A stretch of 64,000 nt of DNA, from the NCBI RefSeq assembly GCF_009914755.1, contig NC_060930.1; one strand, given 5' to 3'. A model generated the notes under the pieces. That model searched no databases. It was given only the letters and a program-made list of their open reading frames with translations, and had not been told where the DNA came from. Below, piece by piece: positions 63,167 to 64,000 of the stretch. Positions within the stretch are counted from its first letter, which is position 1. The number at the start of each line of letters is the position of its first letter. The position numbers and the translations under genes are program-made. This DNA comes from the human T2T-CHM13v2.0 reference genome, Homo sapiens.

Positions 63167-63464
63167 CCAGCAGGGGTCCCTCAGGAGGCAGAAGTGGATA
63201 GGTGATATCCAGCAGGGGTCCCTCAGGAGGCAGAAGTGGATAGGTGATATCCAGCAGGGTTCCCTCAGGAGGCGGAAGTGGATAGGTGATATCCAGCAGG
63301 GGTCCCTCAGGAGGCGGAAGTGGATAGGTGATATCCAGCAGGGGTCCCTCAGGAGGCGGAAGTGGATAGGTGATATCCAGCAGGGGTCCCTCAGGAGGCG
63401 GAAGTGGATAGGTGATATCCAGCAGGTGTCCCTCAGGAGGCGGAAGTGGATAGGTGATATCCAG
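63167..63464. repeat. 42-bp VNTR x7 (CCAGCAGGGGTCCCTCAGGAGGCGGAAGTGGATAGGTGATAT)
   Basis: Units start at 63167, 63209, 63251, 63293, 63335, 63377 and 63419; nearly identical. Confidence 0.95.
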
Positions 63465-64000
63465 TGGCTGGGGGCGGGGGTGGGGGTGAGGGGCAAGCAC
63501 AGGTGTGTGCTGTGTAAGCAGGTGCCCAGGCCCCTGGAGAACCTCCCACTGCACTTTCCCTGTGGCCTCAGCAAGGAAGGGGCCCTCGCTGACTGGATGA
63601 GTAGGAGGGTCCCCCAGGCCTGGTCTGGTCTGGAGAGAGCTCTGTACATGTGTGGACCCCAGTATGTGGACCACATGCTGCTTCTGCTCCAGTAACACCT
63701 GTGGGTTAACTCGGTGCTTCTCCACATGGTAATCACACAGTATTGTTTCTGACCAGGAACCTCACAGCAACGTGTTATGTGCTGAGTATCTGGGTCCTCC
63801 CAAAATTCATGTGCTGAAGACCTGGCCCCCTGCGTGATGGTGTCTGGAGGTGGGGCCTTTTTGGGGAGGGTTAGGTTTAGATGAGATCATATGGGTGGGG
63901 CCCCATGATGGGACTAGTGCCCTTGTAGAAAAGGAAGAGAAACCTCTTCCTACAGCCATCTCTCTCTGCCATAGGAGGACACAGTGAGAAGGTGGCTCTT

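Noticed and set aside
63023-63736. 237-aa and 201-aa ORFs with 14-aa repeats; CRISPR-like periodicity
   Set aside because: These are translations of the 42-bp VNTR. Units are contiguous with no unique spacers, and there are no cas genes.

Overview
Primate (human-like) genomic DNA, recognisable as the SFT2D1-MPC1 locus (6q27 in human). Both genes are on the minus strand. The window holds SFT2D1 coding exon 1 with its CpG-island promoter (~9.2-9.95 kb). It also holds the complete MPC1 (mitochondrial pyruvate carrier 1) CDS: 71+4+97+133+25 = 330 nt, 109 aa plus stop. That frame only works if a 4-nt microexon (TACG, 37150-37153) is included. The rest is mostly transposon-derived: Alus, L1, L2, MLT/MST, MER41A, LTR12, HSMAR2, near-full-length Tigger1, MER44, MER85. 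The most unusual structures are: an Alu::HNRNPA1 retro-chimera; a MER85 flanked by a ~67-bp duplication instead of a TTAA duplication; a mosaic ERV joining class I (HERV-W-like) pro/RNase H to two different class II integrase tails and an HML-6-like LTR; a KRT8 5'::Alu 3' chimera; and a ~105-bp intronic segment copied across the microexon between perfect 20-bp direct repeats. No prokaryotic-type systems (CRISPR, operons), tRNA or rRNA were seen. Most ORF-track entries are spurious. Repeat subfamily names come from recalled consensus sequences and need Dfam/RepeatMasker confirmation.
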